Virus record (IMG/VR): IMGVR_UViG_3300027710_000011
Coordinates: 186,001 to 250,000 of that record
DNA: 64,000 bases
Reading direction: 5' to 3' (one strand)
This document shows positions 28,423 through 38,455 of this stretch, one piece after another. The translations under genes were made by a program, and so were the position numbers. The notes under the pieces are model-generated. The model was not told where the DNA came from, did no database searches, and worked only from the letters and a program-made list of their open reading frames with translations. Within the stretch, counting starts at the first letter, position 1; each line of letters begins with the position of its first letter.

Positions 28423-29127
28423 ATGAAAAACTCAATCTTGTCTCAAGCTCTGGAGAGTTTGGAGACACCCGTTCCCGCAGCATTGCCACCTGCTACTGAA
28501 CCAGTTGCACCTGCTCCACAAGCAGCCCCTCCCACTCACGTCATCAGTCGTGAGAACACGGACGCTGCTGTTGAGCAAAAGCTCGAAGCCATGAGTCGCG
28601 ACAGTGTCGTGATGAATGCGCCGCTGTCCACCCTCTTCACTCGTGCGCTGAATATTCAATTGGCCAAGAAGAACGTGGTGACTGGCGAGTTCGATGGCGT
28701 TACGCCTGCAGCCACAACTCAAGCTGAAGCCGTTGCGACTGAAAGCCAGGCGCAAGACGCTTACTTCTCCGCAGCAGCCCGCCGAGTCTTCCAAGACACT
28801 CACAAGGTGGAAGAGCGGATTGACATTACGGATCCGGTAAAGCCTGAAGTTCCTGAAAGCTTGGAAACCGGTGGTTCAGGTACAAAGCTGATTGCGCCAG
28901 CCACTCAGGAAGAAACCATCAAGTTCTTCAACTCCAACGACCTGGATGGTTTGGAGCCCAAGTTCGTTTTCTACCGCGACGTTGGCATTAAGACTGACGG
29001 CGTGGTGAAGGAAGACTGGGAAACCCAGAAGATGATTGCTTTGAACGAGCAAAGCAGTGATGCCAATTACGTGGTTGAATCCATCGAAGTGGTGATTCGT
29101 ACTCGCAAGGTTGACATCAAGGACTAA
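28423..29127 (+). CDS. Probable virion head protein with protease-processed acidic propeptide
   Basis: 234 aa, Ala/Pro/Glu-rich; ALE-S and ATE-S sites fit the gp175 S/A/G-x-E cleavage rule. Confidence 0.6.
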   Translation: MKNSILSQALESLETPVPAALPPATEPVAPAPQAAPPTHVISRENTDAAVEQKLEAMSRDSVVMNAPLSTLFTRALNIQLAKKNVVTGEFDGVTPAATTQAEAVATESQAQDAYFSAAARRVFQDTHKVEERIDITDPVKPEVPESLETGGSGTKLIAPATQEETIKFFNSNDLDGLEPKFVFYRDVGIKTDGVVKEDWETQKMIALNEQSSDANYVVESIEVVIRTRKVDIKD

Positions 29128-29140
29128 AAGTCTGAAAAAG

Positions 29141-29168
29141 TAAAGAGGGGGTAAAACCTCTCTTTATG
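29141..29168 (+). terminator. Terminator
   Basis: TAAAGAG(G)GG-gtaaaa-CCTCTCTTTATG. Confidence 0.75.
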
Positions 29169-29403
29169 TTGTCACTTGTAAAACGCTGCTAAGGACCCTA
29201 CAAAGGCCATAGATGAAATAAAAAAGAAAAGTCGAGGGTAGGTAGCTACCCAAATCTGAGTTCAATACAAGCCTTTTTAAAAGGTCACTATGCCAAAAAA
29301 TACTGGCTAGCTTACTAATATAGTTAAAGCTATTTTAACTAAACCTAGTATAATAGGGGGGCCCCAGACCCCCGATAGTATACTAAGAATAATAAAGAGT
29401 ATA

Positions 29404-29445
29404 ATGCGCGTGCGCGCACACATGCGCACGCATACGCGCACGCGT
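29404..29445. repeat. 42-bp perfect alternating purine-pyrimidine tract (Z-DNA-prone)
   Basis: ATGCGCGTGCGCGCACACATGCGCACGCATACGCGCACGCGT. Confidence 0.9.
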
Positions 29446-29492
29446 TCTATAATGAGGGTTTCTTAAAAAGAGAAATTTTTTAAGAGTTAAGC

Positions 29493-29520
29493 GGCTGGGT
29501 AGTAGACCCAGCCTTTTATG
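29493..29520 (+). terminator. Terminator-like hairpin inside the non-coding region
   Basis: GGCTGGGT-agtag-ACCCAGCC-TTTTATG. Confidence 0.65.
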
Positions 29521-29854
29521 CTGAGAAGATGAGATCTTGAAGTTATAGGCTTAGAAAAGGTTTTAAGAGGTCTTAGAGCTATTTTCGTTGCTTAGATGAG
29601 CAACGATGAGTCTGAGAGAAAAGAAAGCCGTATAGACGGTTTAAACGAATCTAGCCAATTGACAGACCAACTACCAGAAAAAGGACTTCGTCCAAAGTCT
29701 TGAGAGATTACCCTCCCCCAAAGCCCCCTCCCGCGAAACCGGGGCGGGGCGGCTTTTGACTTTACTTCCCTTTTCCTTTGTGGAGGTACTCACAACACCT
29801 CTTCGCCGTTCATGAGTGGCGGCAACCTGAAACAACGTTACTGAGGCGAACGAA

Positions 29855-31096
29855 ATGCAAGAAGCAAAGATCAGAGACATCTTCGACGATGTCTGCCGGA
29901 ACGTTGTGGCTGATAAGGCATTGAGCCTGAGGATCCATCGCTATGTCGTGGACTTTATCAACCGCAACAGTGAACACTCCCAATTCTTCGGGGGCAACTT
30001 GACAGGTGTTCAAGTCGTGCGGTTTGTGGAGTCGGACAAGAACCACTGGTTCGACGATATCCTGGACGTTAACGAACATGACTTGCAGGACAAGATCAAC
30101 AAGCTGGCTTGCGTACAAGGCAAGGACGGTGTGCGTCACGTGTCTGGTGACGCTTTGAACCAATCGTGCGTGTGGCTTTGCTACAAGTTCCACAATGCAT
30201 CGAATCTCACCATCGACGAGCGTGCCCAAACCATCCAAGACATCTTGCTGGCTTTGCAGTTCAAATTCCTGACCAGTCGTTTGTTCCGTCACTTCAAGTT
30301 CCCAGCCGACCGCGCTTCGGCTGAGGCTGCGTACGCGCAGTTGTCGAACAAGTATTCGATCAAGATCTACGGTACTTGGTTGAAAGTCCTGGAAGCACGT
30401 TGCTCTGACATCACGGCAAAGACTAGCTCTCACTTCAATGTGATTGCTCGTATGGATGACGACATGGGCGTTGTTCGAATGCTCAATGACATTCAAGGTC
30501 GTCTGCGTGACATGCTCAAGAACATCTTTGGTCAGTTCGTACAGATCAAGGACGCGGGTGAGAAAATCACATCCAGCTCCGGTGTGGTTGACTTTGACGG
30601 CGTGGAAGTGCTCAAGGATCGAAGTAAAGGCTTGGCAACTTACACCAACTACATGAACTCCGTTGTGGGTGACAAGAACTCATTCATTCGTGGTGAGTTG
30701 CTGAAAGTGGTTCAAGACATCTTCCCTTCTGCCCCACCCAAGCACATCGTCAGTGCACTTGAATACATCTCGAACAATTACTTGAAATCTCGTTCCGACG
30801 ATATTGCCAAGTTGATCGAGATGACGATGATTCACAGCTTCACGTACTTGGAGAAGAATCGTCAAACAGTTCAAGCCGGCATTAACTTGCCCAAACTGTT
30901 GGAGCGTTTGCGCGGTGTTTACACATCGTCCCGTTCTACGGATCCTGACTTGATGGATCTTCGTCGGTTTGCAGAAGTCATTGTTCGTAAGTCTGTAGAT
31001 ACACGCACAGATAGCGTCATTGCTTCTGTGCGAACCGCAGTCTTGCTTTACATCGTGTCTCGTGCATACACGATGTGTCATTGGTCCAACGTGTAA
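29855..31096 (+). CDS. Conserved core protein (phiKZ gp32-like)
   Basis: 413 aa; FFGGNLTGVQVVRF segment; position near the tail genes. Confidence 0.7.
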   Translation: MQEAKIRDIFDDVCRNVVADKALSLRIHRYVVDFINRNSEHSQFFGGNLTGVQVVRFVESDKNHWFDDILDVNEHDLQDKINKLACVQGKDGVRHVSGDALNQSCVWLCYKFHNASNLTIDERAQTIQDILLALQFKFLTSRLFRHFKFPADRASAEAAYAQLSNKYSIKIYGTWLKVLEARCSDITAKTSSHFNVIARMDDDMGVVRMLNDIQGRLRDMLKNIFGQFVQIKDAGEKITSSSGVVDFDGVEVLKDRSKGLATYTNYMNSVVGDKNSFIRGELLKVVQDIFPSAPPKHIVSALEYISNNYLKSRSDDIAKLIEMTMIHSFTYLEKNRQTVQAGINLPKLLERLRGVYTSSRSTDPDLMDLRRFAEVIVRKSVDTRTDSVIASVRTAVLLYIVSRAYTMCHWSNV

Positions 31097-31172
31097 TATA
31101 CCGTTTATGAAGGCGTCCATCAATCCTTTGGTGCGATGAATCGAGAGAGTATTTACTTCCTTCTAAAATGGT

Positions 31173-31586
31173 GTGTTCGCCATGGGTCATTTTCGATTAC
31201 TTAGTCAGCTGCTTCCGAAGGCCATCGAAACTATTCGAGGTGAAAGAAGTCTGATTGAAATCACTGAAGCAAGGGCTCAGATAGAGTCCTTAGTCGCATA
31301 CTCTGTTGAAGGGTATACAGTGACTATCCATTGTCAGGAAAGAAAATACAGGTGCATGTATAAGCGTTGGTTTGTGCCAAACTTCGTGATTAAAACTTAC
31401 GAAGTCTTTGCCACTATCGCTGGGAAAGCACCTGACGTATTGATCGATGCTTGCGCCAGAGACAGGACGTTCCCTCGACTATTGAACTCGTGGTCCAACT
31501 CGTCCAGTCAAAAGGAAGCAGCAATAGAGGCCTTCTTAGACCTCCTACATGCCAGACTGCGTTACGCTCAAAGCACGTCTGGTTAA
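31173..31586 (+). CDS. Hypothetical protein
   Basis: 137-aa ORF followed by a terminator; start uncertain. Confidence 0.5.
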   Translation: MFAMGHFRLLSQLLPKAIETIRGERSLIEITEARAQIESLVAYSVEGYTVTIHCQERKYRCMYKRWFVPNFVIKTYEVFATIAGKAPDVLIDACARDRTFPRLLNSWSNSSSQKEAAIEAFLDLLHARLRYAQSTSG

Positions 31587-31631
31587 GTCGTGAGATACAT
31601 CGGCGCTTGCGCGTCAATTGCTTCAGTGATT

Positions 31632-31683
31632 ATAAAAAGCCAACACCTATCCGGGAACTAACTCGGGTAGGTGTTGGCTTTAT
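31632..31683 (+). terminator. Long terminator hairpin
   Basis: AAGCCAACACCTA...TAGGTGTTGGCTT, 13-bp stem. Confidence 0.8.
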
Positions 31684-31818
31684 TCCGTCACTTTATCTTT
31701 TTTTATTATATACACCAAGCTTATGGTGAATGCGCTGCATCCATGCGGCCATTAAATGGAGAGGTTATGCATCACTTCAAAGATTTTTGTCTTAGAGAGA
31801 AGTTGGAGTAACTAAGTA

Positions 31819-33999
31819 ATGATACTCTTCTTAGACGACTGGAAGAAATATCCAAGAGCAATCATCGACATGAAGACGACGAACACGTCCTTCATTCGAC
31901 TGGCTTCGGTTTATCGCGCAATGGGTATCGAGAACAATGCGTTCTTGCTCGCCCTACTGAATCCAGACTTGCAAGGAGTTGATCCATACTCGCCTGATTT
32001 GACGCTTGAGCAGATGGCGGCGATCAGTTTGGAATGCAAGCACAATCCTTGGTATTTCTTTCGAGAGATTGCTAAGGTCCCTGCTTCGGGCGGTAACGAC
32101 GCAATGCGGCTTCAGGCCAATCGAGGCAATATTGCATTGTTCTGGTTGTTCTTCAATCACATCACGCAATTTCTAATTCAGCCACGGCAGACAGGTAAGT
32201 CTATTAACGTTGACGCGTTGATGATCTTGCTGCTGAACATCATCTGTATTGCTACAAAGATCAACTTGCTGACAAAGGACGACACTCTGCGTCGTGCCAA
32301 CGTTCAGCGGATCAAGGACATGATGGAGGAACTCCCTCCATACCTGTTCCTGAAGGGTCCGAGTGATCTGAACAATACAGAAGAAATTACCATCAACGCG
32401 CTGGGTAACCGTTACACGACTCACGTTCCACAAAGCTCTCCAAAGCGTGCGGATAACATGGGCCGGGGTTTGACTACTGCGGTTATGCATGTTGACGAAG
32501 CACCCTTCCAGGTGAACATTGAGATTGCGTTGAAAGCAGCTCTGCCTGCTATGACTGCAGCTATCGAAGCAGCTAAGCGTGAAATGGCTCCGTATGGAAC
32601 TATCTTCACTACAACGGCTGGTAAGAAGGATGACAAGGACGGCGCTTTCATTTATCGCGAGATGATGGAGTCTGCACCTTGGACTGAGAAGTTCTTGGAT
32701 TGCAAGAACCTTGTAGATCTTGAAACAACTATTCGTACCAATAGCCGAGGAGGTAAGGTTCGAGTTCGTTGCGTCTTCAATCATCGGCAACTGGGTAAGA
32801 CGGATGAATGGATGTTGCGAGCTCTGGAGGATTCCTTCCAGTCTGGCGATTCTGCTAACCGAGACTTCTTCAACATGTGGACGTCCGGCTCTCAGACCAA
32901 CCCGATCCCTATTCACTTGCTCGAGCGCATTGCTGGCTCACGCATGGAGCCTTTGGAAACAGAGATCTCCAGTCAAGACCGTTACATCACGCGCTGGTAT
33001 ATTCCGGCCGATACGATTCATGGCCGCATGGCGAACGGTAAGTTTGTCCTAGTCCTTGATACCAGCGAAGCCGTCGGCAATGACGATATTGGTTTGTTGC
33101 TGATCGATCTGGCTACAACCGAAGTGATTGCGTCAGGTACGTTCAACGAAACCAACTTGATTAAGTTCTCTCGTTGGCTGTTGCAATGGTTCATCCGCTT
33201 TGAGAACATCACCGGTTTGTTGGAGCGACGCTCTACTGGTGGGATGATCATGGACTACTTGATCGTTTACATGATCGAAGCTGGTATTGATCCCTTCAAG
33301 CGCTTGTTCAACACAGTGGTGCAAGACTACCGTGAGAATCACGACAACTTCGAAGAGATTCGTAAACCAATGAATCGTCGCGATCCTCGTATCTACGATC
33401 GCTTCAAGAAGACGTTTGGTTTCTCCACTTCAGGCGGTGACGGTACGTATAGTCGTAATGGACTTTACTCCAGCACACTGATGATGGCTGCTAAGCGTGG
33501 TTGTGATTATGTTTACGACAGTACCCTTATTGACCAGGTGAATGCCTTGATCAATAAGAACGGTCGAGTCGATCACCCGCAAGGCGGACACGACGATATG
33601 GTCATCGCGTGGCTGCTTGGTTTCTGGTTCATGACTAAAGCAGTTAACGTTGGTTTCTACGGTATTGATTCACGACTACTGATGTCTAAGAATCAAGACT
33701 TGTCGAATCCGGCCAGCGTAATACCTACTCAAGATCAAGAGGTCCAAAACGCTCTGCGTGATAAGATCGAAGGTCTGACAGAAGAGCTCGGTAAAGAGCG
33801 TGACAAGTTTGTAGCTCAGCGTTTGGAGCAAGAGATTCGAAGTCTGATGAAATACGTCATCGTAAAAGAAGACGAAATCTACAGCGTCGATGAACTGCTT
33901 AGAACGGCTAAGGAAAAGCGTGTTGAGAAGAAACGCTTTAACAGCTACCAGCAAAGTCCTTATCAAATGACTTCGCTGCAACCAGGTTACTATCGATAG
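31819..33999 (+). CDS. terL: Terminase large subunit (gp25-like)
   Basis: Walker A PRQTGKS, Walker B HVDEAPF, TTTAG, nuclease DTSEA and HDDMVIAWL. Confidence 0.95.
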   Translation: MILFLDDWKKYPRAIIDMKTTNTSFIRLASVYRAMGIENNAFLLALLNPDLQGVDPYSPDLTLEQMAAISLECKHNPWYFFREIAKVPASGGNDAMRLQANRGNIALFWLFFNHITQFLIQPRQTGKSINVDALMILLLNIICIATKINLLTKDDTLRRANVQRIKDMMEELPPYLFLKGPSDLNNTEEITINALGNRYTTHVPQSSPKRADNMGRGLTTAVMHVDEAPFQVNIEIALKAALPAMTAAIEAAKREMAPYGTIFTTTAGKKDDKDGAFIYREMMESAPWTEKFLDCKNLVDLETTIRTNSRGGKVRVRCVFNHRQLGKTDEWMLRALEDSFQSGDSANRDFFNMWTSGSQTNPIPIHLLERIAGSRMEPLETEISSQDRYITRWYIPADTIHGRMANGKFVLVLDTSEAVGNDDIGLLLIDLATTEVIASGTFNETNLIKFSRWLLQWFIRFENITGLLERRSTGGMIMDYLIVYMIEAGIDPFKRLFNTVVQDYRENHDNFEEIRKPMNRRDPRIYDRFKKTFGFSTSGGDGTYSRNGLYSSTLMMAAKRGCDYVYDSTLIDQVNALINKNGRVDHPQGGHDDMVIAWLLGFWFMTKAVNVGFYGIDSRLLMSKNQDLSNPASVIPTQDQEVQNALRDKIEGLTEELGKERDKFVAQRLEQEIRSLMKYVIVKEDEIYSVDELLRTAKEKRVEKKRFNSYQQSPYQMTSLQPGYYR

Positions 34000-34006
34000 T
34001 GACAGA

Positions 34007-34038
34007 ATAAAAGCCCAGGGCGAACCTGGGCTTTTATG
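34007..34038. terminator. Bidirectional terminator between terL and the tube gene
   Basis: ATAAAAGCCCAGG-gcgaa-CCTGGGCTTTTATG. Confidence 0.85.
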
Positions 34039-34057
34039 TTCACCGTAGTGAAGTGGT

Positions 34058-34924
34058 TTACACGCGCAGAGCCGTGTTGCCCAGATTTGCCGTTTGAGCA
34101 GCGTAGCCGATGTTCTGCGCAGCAGTGTCGGAATCCACAGCTTGCACGAAGGCAGGACGCAGGTAAGGGTTCGCATTGGTGATGCTGATCGAGTCGAGCA
34201 TCGATTGAGCGAACGCCATCACGCCCAGGCTGTGCTGGGTGATTGCCGTGAAGGTGATGTCGTACGTGACGGTTTCACCAGCGGCAGTCTTGTCGCGACG
34301 ACCAGTCACATCACCAGCGCTCTTGGGGAACATGTTGGTCGACAACCAAGCATTGATCACCTTCGAGTGAGTGATGTCGGGCTCGATGAAGAGCACGGTC
34401 ATGGCGTAGCGGTCAGCCAGCATGTCGGTAGGACGCTTGGCCGTGGTGGAGATGTTGGCCACCTTGGTTTCAGGATCCATGATCAGGTTGGTGATCCAGC
34501 CTTCCAAGAAGGCATTGATCGGACGACCATCCTTTTCAACCCAGCTGAACACTGGCTGCGAACGTGCACGCTTCACATCAGTGAAGTCTTCATGCATTTC
34601 GCCACCACCGCCGACAGGCGAGCTGTCCACGGTTTCGACTTCCAAAGTCGATTGCAGGCCAGTGATGCGGATGGCGTGACGTTCCACCAGAGCGCGCAGA
34701 GTGCTCGTCCACTTTTCAGGGTTTTCCAGATCGCGGAAACCAGTGGGCGATTCAATGAGCAGCGCAATCATGTTGCGCTGGACGTACGCCTTATTGCTCA
34801 CCCATTCAGCGTATTCAGGGGCGTAGCCGTTGTGCGCACCGAATTGCAGATCCAGCATCGGAGCTGTTCGGCCCTTTGCGTAAGCCTGGCCATTCGGCAA
34901 CAGTGCGTTAGTAACTCGAGACAT
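34058..34924 (-). CDS. Tail tube protein (gp30-like)
   Basis: Follows the sheath gene; start MSRVTN with GAGGA SD; strong codon bias. Confidence 0.8.
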   Translation of the reverse strand: MSRVTNALLPNGQAYAKGRTAPMLDLQFGAHNGYAPEYAEWVSNKAYVQRNMIALLIESPTGFRDLENPEKWTSTLRALVERHAIRITGLQSTLEVETVDSSPVGGGGEMHEDFTDVKRARSQPVFSWVEKDGRPINAFLEGWITNLIMDPETKVANISTTAKRPTDMLADRYAMTVLFIEPDITHSKVINAWLSTNMFPKSAGDVTGRRDKTAAGETVTYDITFTAITQHSLGVMAFAQSMLDSISITNANPYLRPAFVQAVDSDTAAQNIGYAAQTANLGNTALRV

Positions 34925-34993
34925 TGTGTTATCCTCGGATGAAAGAGATGAATGCATTACCCGGTAGTTTTTACACTACCGGGCTTTGCTGCC

Positions 34994-37090
34994 TTAGCCT
35001 TGTTGAGCGTCGAGATCCGAGAGACGACGGCCGTTCACGTTCAACGTTGCCACGGTCTTCATGTTCGGACCGTACAGGTTGATTTCGGTGTGCCAGCTGT
35101 AACCATTGGCCTCGTCAGCCGCCGTGTAGTACGTACGCGGCACGACGGTGTAACGGTTGGTCAGGCGACCACGGACGTTTTCGGAAATCCATTCATCGAT
35201 GCGCTTGGCGAACTGTTCGTTCGACAGGTCAGCACGACCGGTGAACTGACGCCACGAAGCTTCGCCAACCTTCTGCAGTTCCACACAGGCCATGGCCGTG
35301 ATGAAGCTGGTCAGGATCGAAGTGTCGTTGCTGTACACCGTCTTCAACGCAGGGAAGAACAGAGTTTCGCGGCCAGAGCTTTGCACCCAGTTCAAACCAG
35401 CATCCCAGTCCTTGTTGCGCACAGCGACCGAGGTGTAGCGAACGTTCACGTCAGTGAACATGTCCACTTCGTTCAGCGGAGCAACGTCGAACATGTTCTC
35501 GTTGTTCCACACGCCATTGCTGGCACCCCAAGCTGCAGCAGCACGGCGAGCCAACTGAGGAGTCAGAGGCATGCGCTTGTTGTACTGCGAACCCAACATC
35601 TTGCCGTCGCGGCCGATGATGGCGGCACGCACCACTTGAGTGCCGTAGTATTCGGACTCAGGGTAGTTCTGAGCACGAGTGCGCAGAGCGATGGCGATCG
35701 AGTTCTCTTGCGATGCAGTAGCCGACGGCGAGTCGACATCGTGCACGGCCAGCACGCAGAACGTGTCCTTGCGCTGAGCAATGATCTTCAGCAGGTCGTA
35801 CTTGGTTGCCAGCGGGAAGCCCGAGTCATAGACGATCGAAACGGGGTAACGCGCAGCGTCCAGCATGTCGCTGTTGGGATCTGCAAACTTCTGCATCCAA
35901 GCGCTCACCGAACGAGCAAAGGCCGCATTGTTCATGGTGCCGTCGGCGCCGCCGCGAGCGTAGGTTGTCGATGCTTCGCTCAGGAGCGTCGCATTGCCAC
36001 CGCTGGTTTGCAGTTGGAACGTCACGTAAGGAGCGCCAGTCGAGTCCTTGCCGGAAACCAGATTGAAGCGATACTGTTCATCAGCATCACCCTTCAGGTC
36101 GCACGAAGTCAGGGCCGAAGGCAGTTCAGCAGCAGTCACCAGATCCAAGATGGTCTTGACGTTGGCGTCGTAGGTGTGCATTTCACCGAACGGACCGTAC
36201 TGCTTGGGCATGCCCTTGCTTTCCAGATCTTGGTAGTCCTGGATGAAACGGTCGCCGACATACATCAGCTTGCTGGTGTTGCGATCCAAGGAACCAGGCT
36301 TGAAGCTCAGATCCAAGTACTGCTCGCCGGCTTGGGTTTGCACCACGACGGGAGTGCTCAAGACATCGGCGCGTGTCACGCAAGCGATGCGGAACGGGTA
36401 CAGCTTGGCTTGATCGATCAAGCGGCTGTCCAGAGGTGCATTGCCGTTGACAGTCGGAGCCCAGAGACGCAGGCCGACGTTGTTGCCGTCTGCACCTTCG
36501 CTCGGAACACGCAGATCCATGATCGGATAGCGAACCGACTGAGTCGAAGTCGTGGTGTCCACTTGGTCACCAACGCCTTGAGAAGCAGTACCGAAAGTAT
36601 CGGCTCCGTCGACGTCAGGAGTCACCTTGTCGGCAACCCACTTGACCTTGTAGCCTTGGACAGTTTTCGTACCGTCCTTGACAGGCAAGCCGTCGACGTC
36701 CAGTTGGTACGAATTGTCAGGATTGCGCTTGTACACCGGCACTGCCGTTGCCAAGACATCCATGGACAGGCGGATTGTCGCTGCAGGACCTGCATCGTCA
36801 GGAACGATACGGACACACAGCTGGCTATTGCCTTGACTGTTGATGACGTTGTTCATCAACGAAGCATGGTTGAAGTACGACGACGTGGGGTCGAACGTAG
36901 CGTCACCATACAACGCGTTACGGCTGTTGCCTACGCAAAGCTGAGGATCGCGAGGACCCTTCTTGGCGTAGAAGAAAGACAACGGCAGGTGGGTGGGACG
37001 ATCTTCAGGCACAGCGACGGGAGTGCGAAAGCTCTCGTCCTTGATGCCATTGTTGATCACTTTCGGTGCGGCGTTAACGATAGCGGACAT
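34994..37090 (-). CDS. Tail sheath protein (gp29-like)
   Basis: 698 aa; YDSGFP, YPESEYYGT and ALKTVY segments typical of phiKZ-type sheath. Confidence 0.88.
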   Translation of the reverse strand: MSAIVNAAPKVINNGIKDESFRTPVAVPEDRPTHLPLSFFYAKKGPRDPQLCVGNSRNALYGDATFDPTSSYFNHASLMNNVINSQGNSQLCVRIVPDDAGPAATIRLSMDVLATAVPVYKRNPDNSYQLDVDGLPVKDGTKTVQGYKVKWVADKVTPDVDGADTFGTASQGVGDQVDTTTSTQSVRYPIMDLRVPSEGADGNNVGLRLWAPTVNGNAPLDSRLIDQAKLYPFRIACVTRADVLSTPVVVQTQAGEQYLDLSFKPGSLDRNTSKLMYVGDRFIQDYQDLESKGMPKQYGPFGEMHTYDANVKTILDLVTAAELPSALTSCDLKGDADEQYRFNLVSGKDSTGAPYVTFQLQTSGGNATLLSEASTTYARGGADGTMNNAAFARSVSAWMQKFADPNSDMLDAARYPVSIVYDSGFPLATKYDLLKIIAQRKDTFCVLAVHDVDSPSATASQENSIAIALRTRAQNYPESEYYGTQVVRAAIIGRDGKMLGSQYNKRMPLTPQLARRAAAAWGASNGVWNNENMFDVAPLNEVDMFTDVNVRYTSVAVRNKDWDAGLNWVQSSGRETLFFPALKTVYSNDTSILTSFITAMACVELQKVGEASWRQFTGRADLSNEQFAKRIDEWISENVRGRLTNRYTVVPRTYYTAADEANGYSWHTEINLYGPNMKTVATLNVNGRRLSDLDAQQG

Positions 37091-37252
37091 GTTGATTCCG
37101 TAAAAGAAAGGGTTTTGGATATACGTAAAGCAACAGATGGCACTTGCAAGCGGTTAACCGGTTGCCACGAATCACAGTACGTACTTCAAGCTTTCTAAGT
37201 TCTCAAACTGCTTTGCGGGCAATAAGGAACTTTGTATTAGGCCTATTTAATT

Positions 37253-37484
37253 CATGCGTCTTTTTTGGAAGCCACTAGAACAAATAAGCGTTTAGGCGCG
37301 ACAGCAATAGCTTGCCACACACAATCAGCTGATCAAACGCGATGGCCGCAGGTGATTGTTATGTGACAAGCTCTTGGAAAGTGGCTTAAGCCAGTGTCTT
37401 TGCAGACGCACTTATTGATGCTTCCTTGAGTTTTAAGTACTCTTCAATGAGTGCATTCAGATAAGAGCTCTATTTAAACTCTAG
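37253..37484. ncRNA. Candidate structured RNA in the divergent sheath/gp28 intergenic region
   Basis: Nested helices forming a ~160-nt rod with a central bubble, plus a second domain. Confidence 0.4.
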
Positions 37485-37570
37485 TCGAACCCCGTGAAAA
37501 AGGGCCCGTGTTCATATTAAATGCACAACGGCGCTCCATGGTAGCGGATGTCTTTTTTAAGGAACCCAAA

Positions 37571-38455
37571 ATGTCTGTGTTTCAAACCGCTTACCAGACC
37601 AGTGCTTGTGCTGGTACTGTCACAAGCAAACTCGTGGAAGCACTGATTCGTGCTCGTATTGAAAACTATATTCGAACCGAGCAAGGCTTCACCGATTTGT
37701 ACCTGGTGCGCCGTGATCGCTACGTGGATGAGCTGGTGCCTTCGTTCCATCACCCGGTCGTCAGCGAAGCTTCTGGCGAGAAGTTTGTCTATGTGGACGT
37801 TCGTCCTTACGGCAAGCAAAGCGCCAGCACGCTTGATTTCGAAATCACGAATAAAGACGCTTACGACGCAGCGACTCTTCGTGGTCGTCTTCAGCAGATG
37901 TGGACAACTGGCGGTCAAGCAGCTCTGCGCGACATGCGTTTGCCAGCAATGGCATTCCCTGCCTGGATCTCCATCAATCTCACCAAGCGTCTGAACTTCG
38001 GTCCTGCCGAGCAAGCCAAGATCTGCATCTTGGCAGGTATCTACTACCTCAGCTTGTTCAGCGATGAACCCGTTGACAAAGTGATCGTTGTCACTCAAGT
38101 GGCAAAGAACACCGGCATCAAGCCACAAGTGGTCGAGGAGGTCGTGGACCGCTATCCTTATATCGCGAACATCAACGAGTTCTGCGAAGCAGCTAAGGAA
38201 GAAATTCAAAACGTTCGTCTGAACAATTTGAATACCGCCACGCTGTTCCCAATCATGGCCGGTACTTGGTATGGTGCCAACTCCGCCGAGATCACTGCGG
38301 TTGCTTTGGAGCATCCGCCGACTTGGATCATGATGGTTTACCAAGCAGTCACTGCTCGGTCTTACTACCATTCGGCCCTGGCCAAAATGCTGGAGCAAAA
38401 CCAGTACAAGCGCGAAGTTCGTCAATTCACCATCTCCTTGCGAGAAGGCGAGTAA
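37571..38455 (+). CDS. Virion structural protein (gp28-like)
   Basis: Start MSVFQTAYQT with AAGGA SD; synteny. Confidence 0.75.
   Translation: MSVFQTAYQTSACAGTVTSKLVEALIRARIENYIRTEQGFTDLYLVRRDRYVDELVPSFHHPVVSEASGEKFVYVDVRPYGKQSASTLDFEITNKDAYDAATLRGRLQQMWTTGGQAALRDMRLPAMAFPAWISINLTKRLNFGPAEQAKICILAGIYYLSLFSDEPVDKVIVVTQVAKNTGIKPQVVEEVVDRYPYIANINEFCEAAKEEIQNVRLNNLNTATLFPIMAGTWYGANSAEITAVALEHPPTWIMMVYQAVTARSYYHSALAKMLEQNQYKREVRQFTISLREGE

Noticed and set aside
29671-29880. 69-aa minus-strand ORF
   Set aside because: Overlaps the gp32 start and structured non-coding elements; no SD.
34952-37198. 748-aa plus-strand ORF (also 34094-34942)
   Set aside because: Antisense shadows of the sheath and tube genes.
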